DNA from: Okamejei kenojei
Taxonomy: Eukaryota
Direction of reading: 5' to 3'
Assembly (NCBI GenBank): GCA_035221665.1
Contig: CM069136.1
Coordinates: 40,982,001 to 41,046,000 of the forward strand
DNA length: 64,000 nucleotides
Shown here: in pieces, positions 26,296 through 38,185 of the stretch
Layout of the letters: every line of letters begins with the position of its first letter
Numbering within the stretch: the stretch's first letter is position 1
Made by a program: the position numbers and the translations under genes
The notes under the pieces: model-generated
The model's database searches: none
Told to the model about the DNA's origin: nothing
The model's input: only the letters and a program-made list of their open reading frames with translations

Positions 26296-27464
26296 ATGTA
26301 GGCATCCATCAGTGAAATGAATAGAGTTTAAACCACCAGACGTTCCTCTCTGTTAGTGCATCTCCCCATCCTATCTCCTAAATTTGCCTACAATATTTGC
26401 ATCAACCTCTCATCTGCCTCATATTGGCTCATCAAACCAATCTAGTTTAAACCTTTCTGAGTAGCACACGCAAATCTCCCTTGTAGGATATTGGTTCCCT
26501 TCCGGTTCAGGTGCAACCCATCCCTATTGCACTGGTCACTTCAGCCCCAAAAGAGATCCTAATGATCTAAACACCCAAACCCATGCCCCTGCAACAGTTA
26601 CTCAGCCACACATTCACCTGGCCTGTTTTTCTATTCCTACCCTCACTAACACATGGCAATGGGGGAAATCCAGAGTTTACCATCCTCAGGGTCCTGCTTT
26701 TTAACCTGTTTCTTAACTCTCTATAAGCTATCGGCAGGACTTCATCCTTTTCCCCACCTTTGCCATTGGTGCCGATGTGCACAACAACCTCTGGCTGCAC
26801 ACCCTCCCCCTTGAGAAGGTTCTGCAGCTGCTCCAAGCCATCCTGAAGTCTGGCAACAGGGACATAACGCATCTTTGTCATCACAAATTCTTCAGTCTGT
26901 CTAGAGTCTGCTCTCACTGTAGATCCGTTTGCCTCCACCCTACCCACCGTGCATCGGAGCCAGACCTGTTGCCACAGAGCTGGCTGCTGACGCTTTCTCC
27001 TGCAGTCACCCCCAAAACGGAATCCAAAAGGGTGTACCTGTTTTCAAATAGCCATATGAGATTCCTGCACTCTCTGCCTACTCTCTTTATCCTTCCTGAT
27101 GGTCACCCAGCTGCATGCCACCTACACCTTAGGTGTTCGCACTTCACTATGGGTGCAATCTATGGCGCTCTCATTTTCTTGGACGATCAGAAGCCTGTCT
27201 ACCTGCACCTCGCATTCCTCGTGCAGTCAGTAAGGAACTGCAGCTGGACACACTTACCAAAGGAGCAGTCTTCCAAGATACTGGAAGTTTTCCTGACTCC
27301 CCACATCCCGCAGAAGGAGCATACCAGTGCTCTGTCATCCCATCGCCACTTATTCTGCAATAATCTAGACAATTCAGCCAATTCAACCCCATCTTATTTG
27401 CATCCTGTATTAAACTTTCTGTATTAACATTCTTACTTCATAATCCAATTATATTTGAACTCCA

Positions 27465-28180
27465 ATATGGGGATCAGATCCAGGAACCATCCGGAGTACT
27501 GCCCTTACACTACGCTATTCAGCAGTCAAATATGCCTGCCCAGTCTGGGGGCGTTCTTCGCATGCCAAGAATTTGGATCCGGTGTTAAATGCAGCATCCA
27601 GAACCATCTCTGGTTGCCTCAAACCCACACGAGTTGATGGCCTGTACCTGATGTGTGGTATTGCACCCCCTCCAATGAGAAGAGCAGTATCCTCAAAAGT
27701 GGATGTACCAAGCTGGAGGATGACCCTCGTCACCCACTCTTCCAACATGCCCAGGCTCCAAAGAGGTTAAAATCCAGAAACAGCTTCCTACATGCAGTTC
27801 AACCCCTGAATGATAACCCCCGCACCTTTAGGATAGATGCTTGGGTGACACACCTGCAATCAAAACCCCACACTTTGATACTATACCCTGAGGAGTCCCT
27901 TCCATTGGGAGCAAAAGAGACATGGCCAGTCTGGCTCTGCCTCAATCGTCTCAGAACACGGGTCGGACGGTGCAAAGCCTTCATGCGGAAGTGGGGGTAC
28001 AACACTAGACCAATCGAATGTGACTGCGGGGAGGCAACCCAAACTATGGAGCACTTATTTACCTGCCCCCTCCTCCCAGAGCACTGCAAACCAGAAGATC
28101 TCAACATCTTCAACCCATGTGCCAGAGCCTGCATTATGCAGTGGCTTAGAAAAGTGTAGCGACACGACAAGAAGAAGAAG
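27465..28180 (+). mobile_element. Vingi/Ingi-clade LINE 3' fragment
   Basis: YACPVW, ISGCLKPT, GIAPP, HPLF, RLKSR, LNRLRT..GRC...KWG...CDCG...QTMEHLFTCP motifs; (GAA)n tail at 28170-28180. Confidence 0.88.
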
Positions 28181-28690
28181 ATTTCAATATCCCAAATGGC
28201 TTAGACTTTGCCATTCTACCTTATTTTGCAAGAACCTATTTTTGCAAAATATCACTTTCAAAATATATTGAATGATTAATGTCAATTAAATTAATATACC
28301 ACATTTTAATATTTTTTTCTGTAAATCACCTTTTCTGGGTTTTTTTAGGATTATCACATGATTAGTATAACAAATACAAATATCAATATAGTATTGAGAG
28401 GAGGCCCTTTAAATTTAACGAGCCCTGAACCTTTGTGCACTGTTTTGAATACTATGCAAAACCTTTTTGCTGTCTATCACCATATTGTGGATCTTGTTAT
28501 GTTGCATTTCTATCGGAATCGACTCGTGGTAGGTCACTGTGAAAAGAGCTGCAGGAGAAATAATTCATTCAAATTTATGTTGAATGGTATAAAATGCCAC
28601 AAGTGCTTACAAACTGGGTGAGGAGAATCCATAAAACAAATTCTGGCCATCTATAACCTAAAACTAAAGACTGGATTTCATAAGTAGCAT

Positions 28691-29101
28691 TTTTTTCTTC
28701 TTAGGCCTCCTTTGGTCATGGCTGACCATGGGTGTCTCCAGGGTGATATTCACTATATGGAGGAAGCCTGTGCATGACTGTTTCATGTGGGGAGACTGGT
28801 GCACAGACAGCCACCTTGACAGATCTGGGTCAATCCAGTGGCATGGAGTCCAAGACGACCGGAGGCCCTTTTCTGCTGCAGCCTTCATCCACCTTCCCAG
28901 CCGTTGTAACGCACCACTAAGGTCAGCCATCGTCCTCCGCCTGTTCCACCGTTGAGGTCTTGGCTGGATTGCTCTTTGTCAGAGACCTCCCCCTCAACGT
29001 TACCACCATGGGTGGCCCTATTAGGAGCATAGCTCCAGACGGCATCGCTCTCATGATCTCAGGTCTACACAAGCATCTCCATCACAACAAGGTGACAATC
29101 C
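28691..29101 (-). mobile_element. ~410-bp non-autonomous RTE/Vingi-type bipartite element with (AAG)n/A tail
   Basis: 5' end ggattgtcaccttgttgtgatggag...agggccaccca...ctgacaaagagcaatcc resembles RTE (BovB-like) 5' UTRs as I recall them; no ORF; tail taagaagaaaaaaa. Confidence 0.7.
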
Positions 29102-29464
29102 ACAGATTTAGTGTGAAGTCGCACTAAAACTGTCAGTATTCAGCTGCATCAACTTAAAAAGAAACAAGGATTTCTGCATGTGCTGTGTGGAAATATCAAT
29201 GTTATCAATGGCTTTGTATTATTTTCCTGCCTTGTCTACCATAAACCAAATAATTGCACAAATTTTAATTATTCTCAATGCAATAGGTTGAAAGTATTAT
29301 CCTGTTCAGCTCGAGTTTTGTTTAAATGGCACATCAAACTGCAATTACTAATTAGTGAACTGCTTTTAATAATCGAATTGTGTGAATTAATAGAACATTG
29401 AATGAATAATTTAAAACACAATTGATTTTATTTTCTCAAAAATGTTTTTCAAAATTTAATACAG

Positions 29465-29840
29465 AAACTTTTTTTTGTTTCAGCTTTGAACTGCGCAAGG
29501 CGCTCGTCTGACATGTGTAGGATGGCTTCTACAGCATGAATCATGTTCGGCAATGCGGTGTACTCTTCTGCAGGCGTGTTTGCACTGGGCAGCCGGCTCA
29601 GGGCATCGGGGACAAACATTTCACGTCCTGGCTTCCACCGTATTTCCAGGTCGTACCGTAACAGGTGCATTCGCATGCGCTGGAGTCTGGGGCTTAATTT
29701 GTGTAGCAGCTTGGCGATGCAGGAAGAGTTTGGCAATTTAGAAGGGGTGGAGATAGTTGTTGACGACATTCTCGTTTGGGGTGTGAACACAGCACAACAT
29801 GACGCAAGGGTGAAAGCCCTACTCGAACGGGTGAAAGTAT
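29465..29840. mobile_element. Ty3/Gypsy pol scrap: two fragments in opposite orientation
   Basis: Minus strand SPRLQRMRMHLLRYDLEIRWKPGREMFVPDALSR (RNase H end); plus strand GVEIVVDDILVWG...HDARVKALLER (RT active site). Confidence 0.85.
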
Positions 29841-31091
29841 ATTAAAGGGGCACTGGCATTTATATTACATATACATCACATCTCCCCCTTTACTATAATT
29901 ACAATTCTCTCCCACCCCTGAATGAAATTAAAGTTCTCCTTGAGGAGAAATAAATGAGAACACAAACGTTAATGTATCAGGAAGGGTAATTGCAGCTATG
30001 CGGACGGGAATTACTCTACAATACATATAACCTTTACCTAAAAAAGCAGTATGCACTTTGTTGTTCCTTTGTACGGCAAATATTCTTCTGAATACATCTC
30101 AAAAGTAGTTATTGTTATAATAGTCAGACGGGAGTTGGATACAGAAGATGGAAATAAATAATTGCTGGAAGCACATATTTCATTCATTTCTAGCCCTTGT
30201 GCAAAGGCAGATATGAAAAATAACTGAACATGCATCAAAAAACACATCTCACAAATCTTCCTAAATGCCGCTTCCTCTTTTATTTATTTGGTGTGCCCAG
30301 ATGTAGTTTGGACAAGCTATTATACCCTTAATCAATTGAAAAGATCTGGAAGCATAACATTCCCATGTTCTGGTTTCTTTGACATTTATTGCAAGAATTA
30401 CATATTGGAATTGACATTAGCTTCAAGTTAGATGATGAATCTGGCACTAATAAGTGAAATACTCAATACTGAAATGGGAGACCAAAAGCAGCTTGAAGAA
30501 GGGTCTCGAGCTAAAATGTTGCCCATTCTTTCTCTCCAGAGATGCTGCCTGCCCCACTGAGTTACTCCAGCATTTTGTGACCATCTTCGACAAGAATATA
30601 GAACCACTTTATACAATACAGAGCATGCTCCGAACAGAGACAAGTGCTGCTGCTTTGCGGAAGGATTTTTTGAAGGGTGAAGATTCTAATTGAATATGTT
30701 ACTGGAATGCAAGTACTAATGTGATGTAGGGTTGGGATTGGGAGAAGGGGGATGCTGAGATTACATTGTTGAATTGGCGCCCAGCAACTACCATATCTAT
30801 CAGACTGTTTAAATATTTCTGCCTGATTTCTTTATACAGATACCACAGCCCAACTGATGGGAGAGAAAGGCTCTAATAATAGAACCTTGACATTTTGTTC
30901 TTAACTCGCTGAACAACTGCTGATGTACGTGGAAAAGATTGTGTGCTCCCCATGCATTTCTTAATGCTCATGAACAAACTGCTCATCTTTCTTTCCCTCA
31001 AAGCATATTGCAGCAAGAAAACAAAACCATTTATCACCCTTAATGGTTTTGTGTTAGGTCACCCTTAAATCACAACCATTTATCACCCTTA

Positions 31092-31495
31092 AGGGCCTGT
31101 CCCACTTTCACGAGTTATTCACAAATTCTCCCGAGTTTTCCACTTGATTCAAACTCGCAGAATGTTCGTAACGAGTCCGTAGGAACTCGTAGGAGTTCGT
31201 AGATATATCGTAGCGGCCCGCTATGCTAGCCGTTGGTACTCGTGGCATCAGGTAAGTCGGGACATTTTTTGCAGCCCAATAAAAAATGTCCACGAGTAAA
31301 AAAAATGGTCGGGATGAAAGAAATTGCAACTTTTTACTCGTAAGGAGGGCATCAAAATAGTTGTGGGAATTCGTAGACATACTCTTAGGAGTTCGTGAAC
31401 ATAGTCGTGGAAAGGCATAGGAGTTCGTAGATTAGCACGATCTTGATTTTTTTTTTTAGGTCCTTTAATTAAGTCGTGAAAGTGGGACAGGCCCT
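31092..31495. mobile_element. Non-autonomous TIR element (Harbinger-like), TTA on both sides
   Basis: TIR agggcctgtcccactttcacga / tcgtgaaagtgggacaggccct; an empty-site paralogue lies at 31025-31056. Confidence 0.92.
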
Positions 31496-31870
31496 TTAAT
31501 GTTTTTGTGTTAATTCCTCATCTTCTCTGTTTTTGAACAGATGCAAGTTGTTGCAGGTCTGATGAAAAATGTAACAGTTTGTTAATTAGTATATTCTCAG
31601 AAAGAGTTAAGACAGAAAACATAACCTGGAAATCAGTTGTCTATCCAACCTATTCCATTTTAATCGCACACCAGTTCAACTTTAAAGAATTTGTAGTCCA
31701 AGGCTCAATATAGTAAGAATGCACTATTTGCCACTTTCCAAACTCATCTCATGAAATTCAGTGAGAACTCCAGATATTCAGCTGGAAAAGCCACAATACT
31801 CACTATGAGAAATCACAAACACACAAAACTCACACAGAAGGCATCAAGAGGCAAGACACAACATATTGCA

Positions 31871-34800
31871 CATGGCTCGAAATTAGCGGTTGCCTGGGTG
31901 CCATTGAACACCCAAAGTGCCGCCGGGCAACCTAAACGCGAGTCATTTTGCCCGGCTTGGCTCGCAGATACTGGTTTATACCAAAGATAGACACAAAAAA
32001 ACTGGCGTAACTCAGCGGGTCAGGCAGCATCTCTGGAGAAAAGGAATGTGATGGTTTGTGTCAGCGACGGCTATAATGCGTGGGAAAGATGCCAAGTGTG
32101 GCGTGATGGAGGGTCGGAGCGAATGACGGGCCCCGAACAGCAACGACGTCGGCGACGGCTCCATCTCCTCCCGCCCCCCCGCCCGGCCTGATCATGACCG
32201 CTGTCTGCCACTCCGCCAACGGCGCTTTCAAAACAAACCCTCCCGCACGCCGAGGTTGGGAGGAAGGAGAGAGGGAGAGAGGGAGGGAGGGAGGGAGGGG
32301 GAGGCCCCCTTCCGCCGTCTGAAGCATCTGCACCGCTCGGCTCCGCACCTTCCTGTTGGTTGGCGGAGGAGGGGAGGTGGTGGCGAGGATCCCAACTGCC
32401 TCCCCCTTTGGCGGCGGCACTTGGCGATGGACAGCGGAAATCCCGGGGGGGGGACGTCTCCCCCTGTTTTGAGAGGTCCCCACCCGAGAGCCCTTCCCTC
32501 TTCCCTCCATGCCCGAGGGTGGCCAGAGACGTCGGGAGTCAGAGGGGAGTGGTGCTCCCAGGCCCACAGCCAGCGCAGAGAAGCAGCGCTAAACTCAGCT
32601 CAACTCTGCCTCTCCCGCCAGGTTATCCCTGCCTGGATTTACGGGAAATATGTCATCAGTCCAGGCGAGACAGGCAGAGTTGAGCTGCATTTAGCGCTGG
32701 ATTAAGCCTCCGAAGCCTCTCGCCTCTCATCTCTATCTCCCTATTCACCTTGCATTGATTCTCCTGCCACTCCCCATCAATCCTACACTGGTCCCCCAAT
32801 TCATCCTGTACTGACCACCCTTCCCATCCATCCTGCACTGCTCCACCCCTTCATCCTGCACTGCGCCCCCCCATCCATCCTGCACAGATTCCCCACATTC
32901 AACCCACTGTCATCCCCCATGCTCTCCCCTCACAATTTTACCTACTCCAACTAACACGCACGAATTCCCCTGCCTCAACCCATCCAATCCACCCCCCCCC
33001 CCCCCCCCACCATCTATCCATCCTGCACTGATTCATACCCCCCACTCCCGACCCTATTGTGCTGGAAATGTCTTCAGAGCTAACATTGACTATGTTTGAT
33101 AATGGAATGCAATCAAATATGTTTTAATTCCCAATGTTTTAATCCATAAAGATGGATGAATTAAATTGTGAACACGTTAAACATTAAAACCGCAGTGTTC
33201 GATTGTCACTGCTACCGTTGACACGTTATTTCAGAATTCATTTTAATGGCAAATCAATGCTCTTAATATGGAGTATCAGTACTGTAGTTATTTAATGAGC
33301 AACATTCACAACTATACATTGGATTTATCCAGGTTTTACTTCTACAGTCAGTCATATACATCACAAATTTGGTCAAGAGATATTTCAGTTTAAATTTTAA
33401 CGTTAATTCTGAAGTGGGAATGATGGAAAAAGCATTTATCAACACATTTTTTTTAAATTGTTGCTTACAAACTGGATATCTTAATTGCTGTTCACAACAC
33501 ATACATCTGATCTGAATGTCCGGTAGTGTGGCGTCTAGACACCTTTAAATATATTACCAAAAGAACATTTGCTGCATTTATGTCCTTTGGCCATCTCTTG
33601 TTAGTTAGTGTAATGTTTAACCTGTCAGATGGGTATAGTGAGTTTTAACAGCTTTTATCATAAAATGCCTTTAGAAAATTCCTTGCAACCTGTATATTTT
33701 GTTGTGGATAAATTACGTGGGAAGCGATGGTGTTTCTGTACCAATAGCAATAATGACCCATGCTGTGGCCATGTCATGATCATTTTTGGTCCTTCACAGA
33801 AAACATGCTCGCATCAATCTGTAGTGTGCATGGTTAAGCATATATGTTATCAAGGTCCAGGATTCCAGTATGCAGATGACACAACAGTGATGGGCCTCAT
33901 CCGGGACGACAATGAGCTTGCTTACAGGGAGGAGGTGAAACTGGTGGACTGGTGCAATACGAACAATCTGATCCTGAATGTCAAAAAAAGAAAGGACGTA
34001 ATTTTCTACTTCAGGAAAAACCGGCACAGTCACACACCACTTCATAGTAATGACAGCGATGTGGAGTTGGTCAGTAGCACTAAGATCCTGGGGGTGCAGA
34101 TCACTAACAGTCTGACCTGGTCAAATAACATCACATCAACAGTTAAGAGAGCGCAGCAGCGGTTGCGCTTTCTGCGCCGGATGAGAAGAGCTCACCTCCC
34201 CCATCCCCTCCTCACCACTTTCTACAGGGGCACCATGGAGAGTATTCTGACCAGCTGCATCTTTGTCTGGTTTGGGGACTGTAAAGCCTCTGACTGGAAG
34301 TCCGTGCAGAGAGTGCTGAGGACGACTGGAAAAATCATCTGGACTTCTCTCCCCTCAATCGGGGACATTGCGAGCAAACGTTGCTTGTCTAAGGCCAGCA
34401 GTATTATAAAGGACTCCAGGCAGCTCCATCATGGACTCTGCTGCCCTCGGGCAAAAGATATCGCAGCATAAGGAGCAGAATGTCAAGGTTTTGCAACAAC
34501 TTCTTCCCACGAGCCACCAGACTCTTGAATGCCATGTAATGGGCTGCCACCACTGTCTATTTTATCTTTTTATCCATTTTGTCTTTTTATCCATTTTATT
34601 TTTATATCCATTTTGTCCTTCTGTTTGTTATTGTGTTGCACAGAGAGCCAAATGCAACGGAATTTCGTTTGGAATTGCATATATCGTTGTATTTCTAAAT
34701 GACAATAAAGTTTGTTTGATTTGATTTTTTGATTTGATTATTGACACAGGCTGATCATACGCTGAATAATCCAACCACATTTTTGTTTGGAAGTGGAAAG

Positions 34801-35094
34801 AAATAATAAAAATTGCATTCATTGCAATGTGTAAAAAGAGTTAAGATACAGTATTATAATGTTACTGCATGTCATTGTGGTATATATCATGTCTTGATTG
34901 GTGAATATGTTAGATTGTAACTTTATTTGAAGCAGAAATAATATGTGAATGCTTCATTGAGCATAATTCCGACTGGTAACTACGCACTTCGTCCGAGCAC
35001 GCGTCATGCACGCCATCTTAAATGACCACCTAAACTGTCATTTGGCAACCTAAAAAGCTGCCAAGGTTGCCCGGCTAGTTAAGCGAGAGCCCTG
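31871..35094. mobile_element. Non-autonomous hAT-like DNA element with 5-bp TSD and nested insertions
   Basis: Ends catggctcgaaattagcggttgcc / gttaagcgagagccctg; ggcaacc/ggttgcc subterminal motifs at both ends; ttgca on both flanks (31866-31870, 35095-35099). Confidence 0.65.
33862..34740 (+). mobile_element. Rex1/Babar LINE 3' fragment
   Basis: YADDTTVMGLI...WCNTNNLILNV...KRAQQRLRFLRR...FYRGTMESIL; aataaa plus (tttga)n tail. Confidence 0.9.
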
Positions 35095-35560
35095 TTGCAG
35101 CATATCAAATTATCTTCAAGGAAAATCCCAAGAGATTCTACAGATATATTAAAAGGCGGCTGGGGAAACAATAGGTCCCCTTAAAAATCGGCATGGTGGT
35201 TTTGGTGTAGAACCACAAGAGATTGGGGACATATTAAATTAATATTTCTCATACATTTTACTGAAAAGATCATGGAAGCTAAGGAATTGAGACACTGATG
35301 TTGTGATCTCCTCAGTCATACACAAATTAACAAAGTGGAGACATTGGTGGTTTTTAAGCGAATTAAATGGTTAAATTCCCAAGGCCTGACAAAGTACATC
35401 TTCAGAACTTGTGGGAAGTTACAAAGGAAATTGATGAGACTCTTGCAGAAATATTTGCATCATCATTAGCCACAGGTGAAGTTCTGAACGACTGGAGGGT
35501 AGCTTTTGGTGCAGAATTATTTAAGGAAGACAGCAAGGACAAACAAAGGAACTACATAGA
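35095..35560 (+). mobile_element. Old CR1 ORF2 fragment
   Basis: KENPKRFYRYIK and LAEIFASSLATGEVLNDWRVA motifs. Confidence 0.8.
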
Positions 35561-37184
35561 TCCCTCGACTCGTGCAGCGCAGAAACAGGTCCTTTGGCCC
35601 AAATCGGCCCATCTCTGATTATCCCATTTGCTCAAGCCTGACTCATATCCATCAAAACCTTTCTTATCATTGTAACATCCAAGTGCATCTTAAACATTGT
35701 TCAATAAAACTATCTGCATGTATTGTAATATTAACTTTTTTTTAAGCTCAGTGTATGATTTGGTCGATAAGGTAAATCCAGTTGATCCCTTATTTAAAGC
35801 AAAACATAGGAAATACTCCGAATAGAAAAACATTTAAAGAAACCAGGAGCATGAAAATACGATTCATGAATTTCCTTCATTAAGCTGGTGTAACTCACTG
35901 GCCCAGATCTTCCATGAATAAGTGAGGCACTTAAATTCACTGGCTAGCTCCCAGTTCATCACTGAGCCTCATTTCCAAAAGTGAAATAATCGAAAATAGC
36001 CTGGTCTCTCATGGATTTCTCCACCAATGGTGAACATTGCAAACCCTTTCCTATTCTGCACCCCCACATCACCACCTCCTCCCCCCTCGCCCGTAAAAAA
36101 ATAATGCAATCTATCCATCATATATGAAAATACAAACATTTACTGACAAAAGTTCAGGAACACAAAGTAAATCCAAAACTATGCATAACTGTAGCATACA
36201 ACTGACAAATGCATTCCAATTTATAAAGCTCATAACCAAACTATAAAGATCTAAATAACTTACTATTTAGACTGTGGCCATAAAACAACATAGTCTAACT
36301 TGCAGATAAACTGAACTACCCCTTGGGATTACCGATGTTATGAAATAGCATACGAGCACAATAACAATGAGCCAGATGTTCTTGGACTCAGCCAGTGTCC
36401 TACTGTCCCACCCACCCACACTCATCTGGTCTGGATACATTAGTTCAATCTCAATGGGCATCCACATACTTAAATAAAAACAGAGAATGATGTAAATATT
36501 CAGCAGGTTGGGCAGCATCTGGAGGGAATTAGTTTCTCACCTCAAGTTCAAATGTTATCTTTGTTTCCCTTTCCAAGATATTATCTAGCCTGTTGAGTAT
36601 TTCCAGCTTTTTCTGTTCTTTTATTGACGCATTTGACTTTTCTCCCCATCCTCAAGTCAAGCACTGAGACAGAGGTGATTGGGCCTCAAGTGACAAAGTG
36701 GTGCGACCAAATTTAAAACTTTGATGGTCCTTTGCTTTTGTCAAAACCACTCATTTTAACTGATTTCAAAAGTCTCTGCATGTCAGAAAATTCGATCCAA
36801 ATCATAAAGTGAAATAAAATTCTAAAGACATTTGTAAAAAGATATTAGACCCAGATTTTTTTTTTTAAATTAATCTGCAGACCAAGAATCCTCACAGCAA
36901 TGAATGGGACATGGCATTGGATCAGAAAGACAGTTGTTCTGTGAAATATTTTAGATCTTAGGCCCTTCAGCACACTATGCTGTACATAATGCCAATATAA
37001 ATTACTCTCATCTGCTTTTCAGTCTCAGAGTATCCATATGCCCATCTAAATGCCACTATCATATCTGCCTCCATCCCCATTGCTGGCAACTCATTCCAGA
37101 CACCCGCCATACTCTATGTAAAGAAAATTGCTCTACACATCTCCTTTAAACCCTGCCCCTCTCACCTTAAAACTATGACCTCTA

Positions 37185-37380
37185 ATTTAATTTAGTTAAG
37201 CGAAGCAGCGCAGAAACAGTCACTTTGTCCCACCAAGTCCACGCCAACCAGCAATCCCCGCACACAAACTCTGTCCTACACATACTAGGGACAATTTACA
37301 ATTATAGCAAGCCAATTAACCTACAAACCCTGTACGTCTTTGGAGTGTGGGATGAAACTGAAAATCCTGGAGAAAATCTT
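37185..37380 (-). mobile_element. HE1-type V-SINE fragment
   Basis: gccaattaacctacaaaccctgtacgtctttggagtgtggga matches the other copies. Confidence 0.75.
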
Positions 37381-37434
37381 CTGGATCAGCCGACCATGGG
37401 AAACTTTATCAAACATCTTACTAAAATCCATGTA

Positions 37435-37618
37435 CAGTGGCTTGCAAAAGTTGTCATACCCCTTGAACTTTTCCGCATTTTGTCACGATACAACCACAAA
37501 TGTAAATGTATTTTATTGGGATTTTATGTGATAGACCAACACAAAGTGGTGCATAATTGTGAAGTGGAGGGAAAATGATCCATGGTTTCCAAATTTTATC
37601 ACAAATAAAAAACTGAAA
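37435..37618 (+). mobile_element. Tc1/mariner transposon terminal fragment
   Basis: TA followed by cagtggcttgcaaaagt..cataccccttgaacttttcc..gatagaccaacacaaagt, a typical fish/amphibian Tc1 long-IR end; truncated at the next TIR element. Confidence 0.85.
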
Positions 37619-38185
37619 AGGGCCTGTCCCACCAGCATGCGACTGCATGCGGCGAGCGCGACCAAACCCGGTGGCTTGAGCTGTGCGGCCTCACGAGGCC
37701 GGTCCCACTTCCAACCGCGGAGCCGTATGGTGTTGTGTGGGGCTGGTCCCGACATCATACTCACCAATCAGCTGGGCAGGAGGCGGGCCAACTGAATTTG
37801 GACGTCACACGGCGTCTGGCGGCGACGTCATCACGCAACGGCATGCCGGACGGTGACATCATCACGCAATGCCACGCGTCAGGCGTGCGCCATCAAGAAG
37901 CTGCGTACGGCGTCCAGACGCTGCGTACGGCATCATGACACTGCATACGACGTCGAGACGTTGCGCACGTCCTCGATGCGGCTGCGGGCCGACAGGCCGT
38001 TGCCGCACGGGATTTGTGAACAGTGTCAGTTTTTCAGAGCCCCGCGCGATGTCGGGACCAGCCCCGCACAACTCGATACGGCTCCGGCGATCGAAGTGGG
38101 ACCGGCCCCGCAAGGCCGTACGGCTCAAGCGACCACGTTAGGTCGTGCTCACCGCATGCAGTCGCATGCTGGAGGGACAGGCCCT
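37619..38185. mobile_element. Non-autonomous TIR element (Harbinger-like), CpG-rich
   Basis: Long imperfect TIR agggcctgtcccaccagcatgcgactgcatgcgg / ccgcatgcagtcgcatgctggagggacaggccct; right half closely matches 9575-9795. Confidence 0.9.

Larger units (their letters stand above)
21380..27340 (-). mobile_element. Long degraded CR1 LINE (ORF1 zinc finger + SGNH esterase, endonuclease and RT remnants) interrupted by younger insertions
   Basis: ORF1 motifs VCSFCGMW..CSFGKCVQLQ (27199-27381) and QPEVVVHIGTN (26567-26947); TLDFL (24984-25178), WLTRDVEALVRKK (24217-24513), VVGKLSEEIIRDRI (21647-21832), in correct order on the minus strand. Confidence 0.75.

Noticed and set aside
26777-27427. 216-aa plus-strand ORF
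   Set aside because: It is the antisense frame of the degraded CR1 ORF1.
32061-32705. GC-rich ORFs or CpG island as ARHGAP42 exon 1
   Set aside because: No MGLPxLEFSD-like peptide; the region lies inside a putative hAT-like element.
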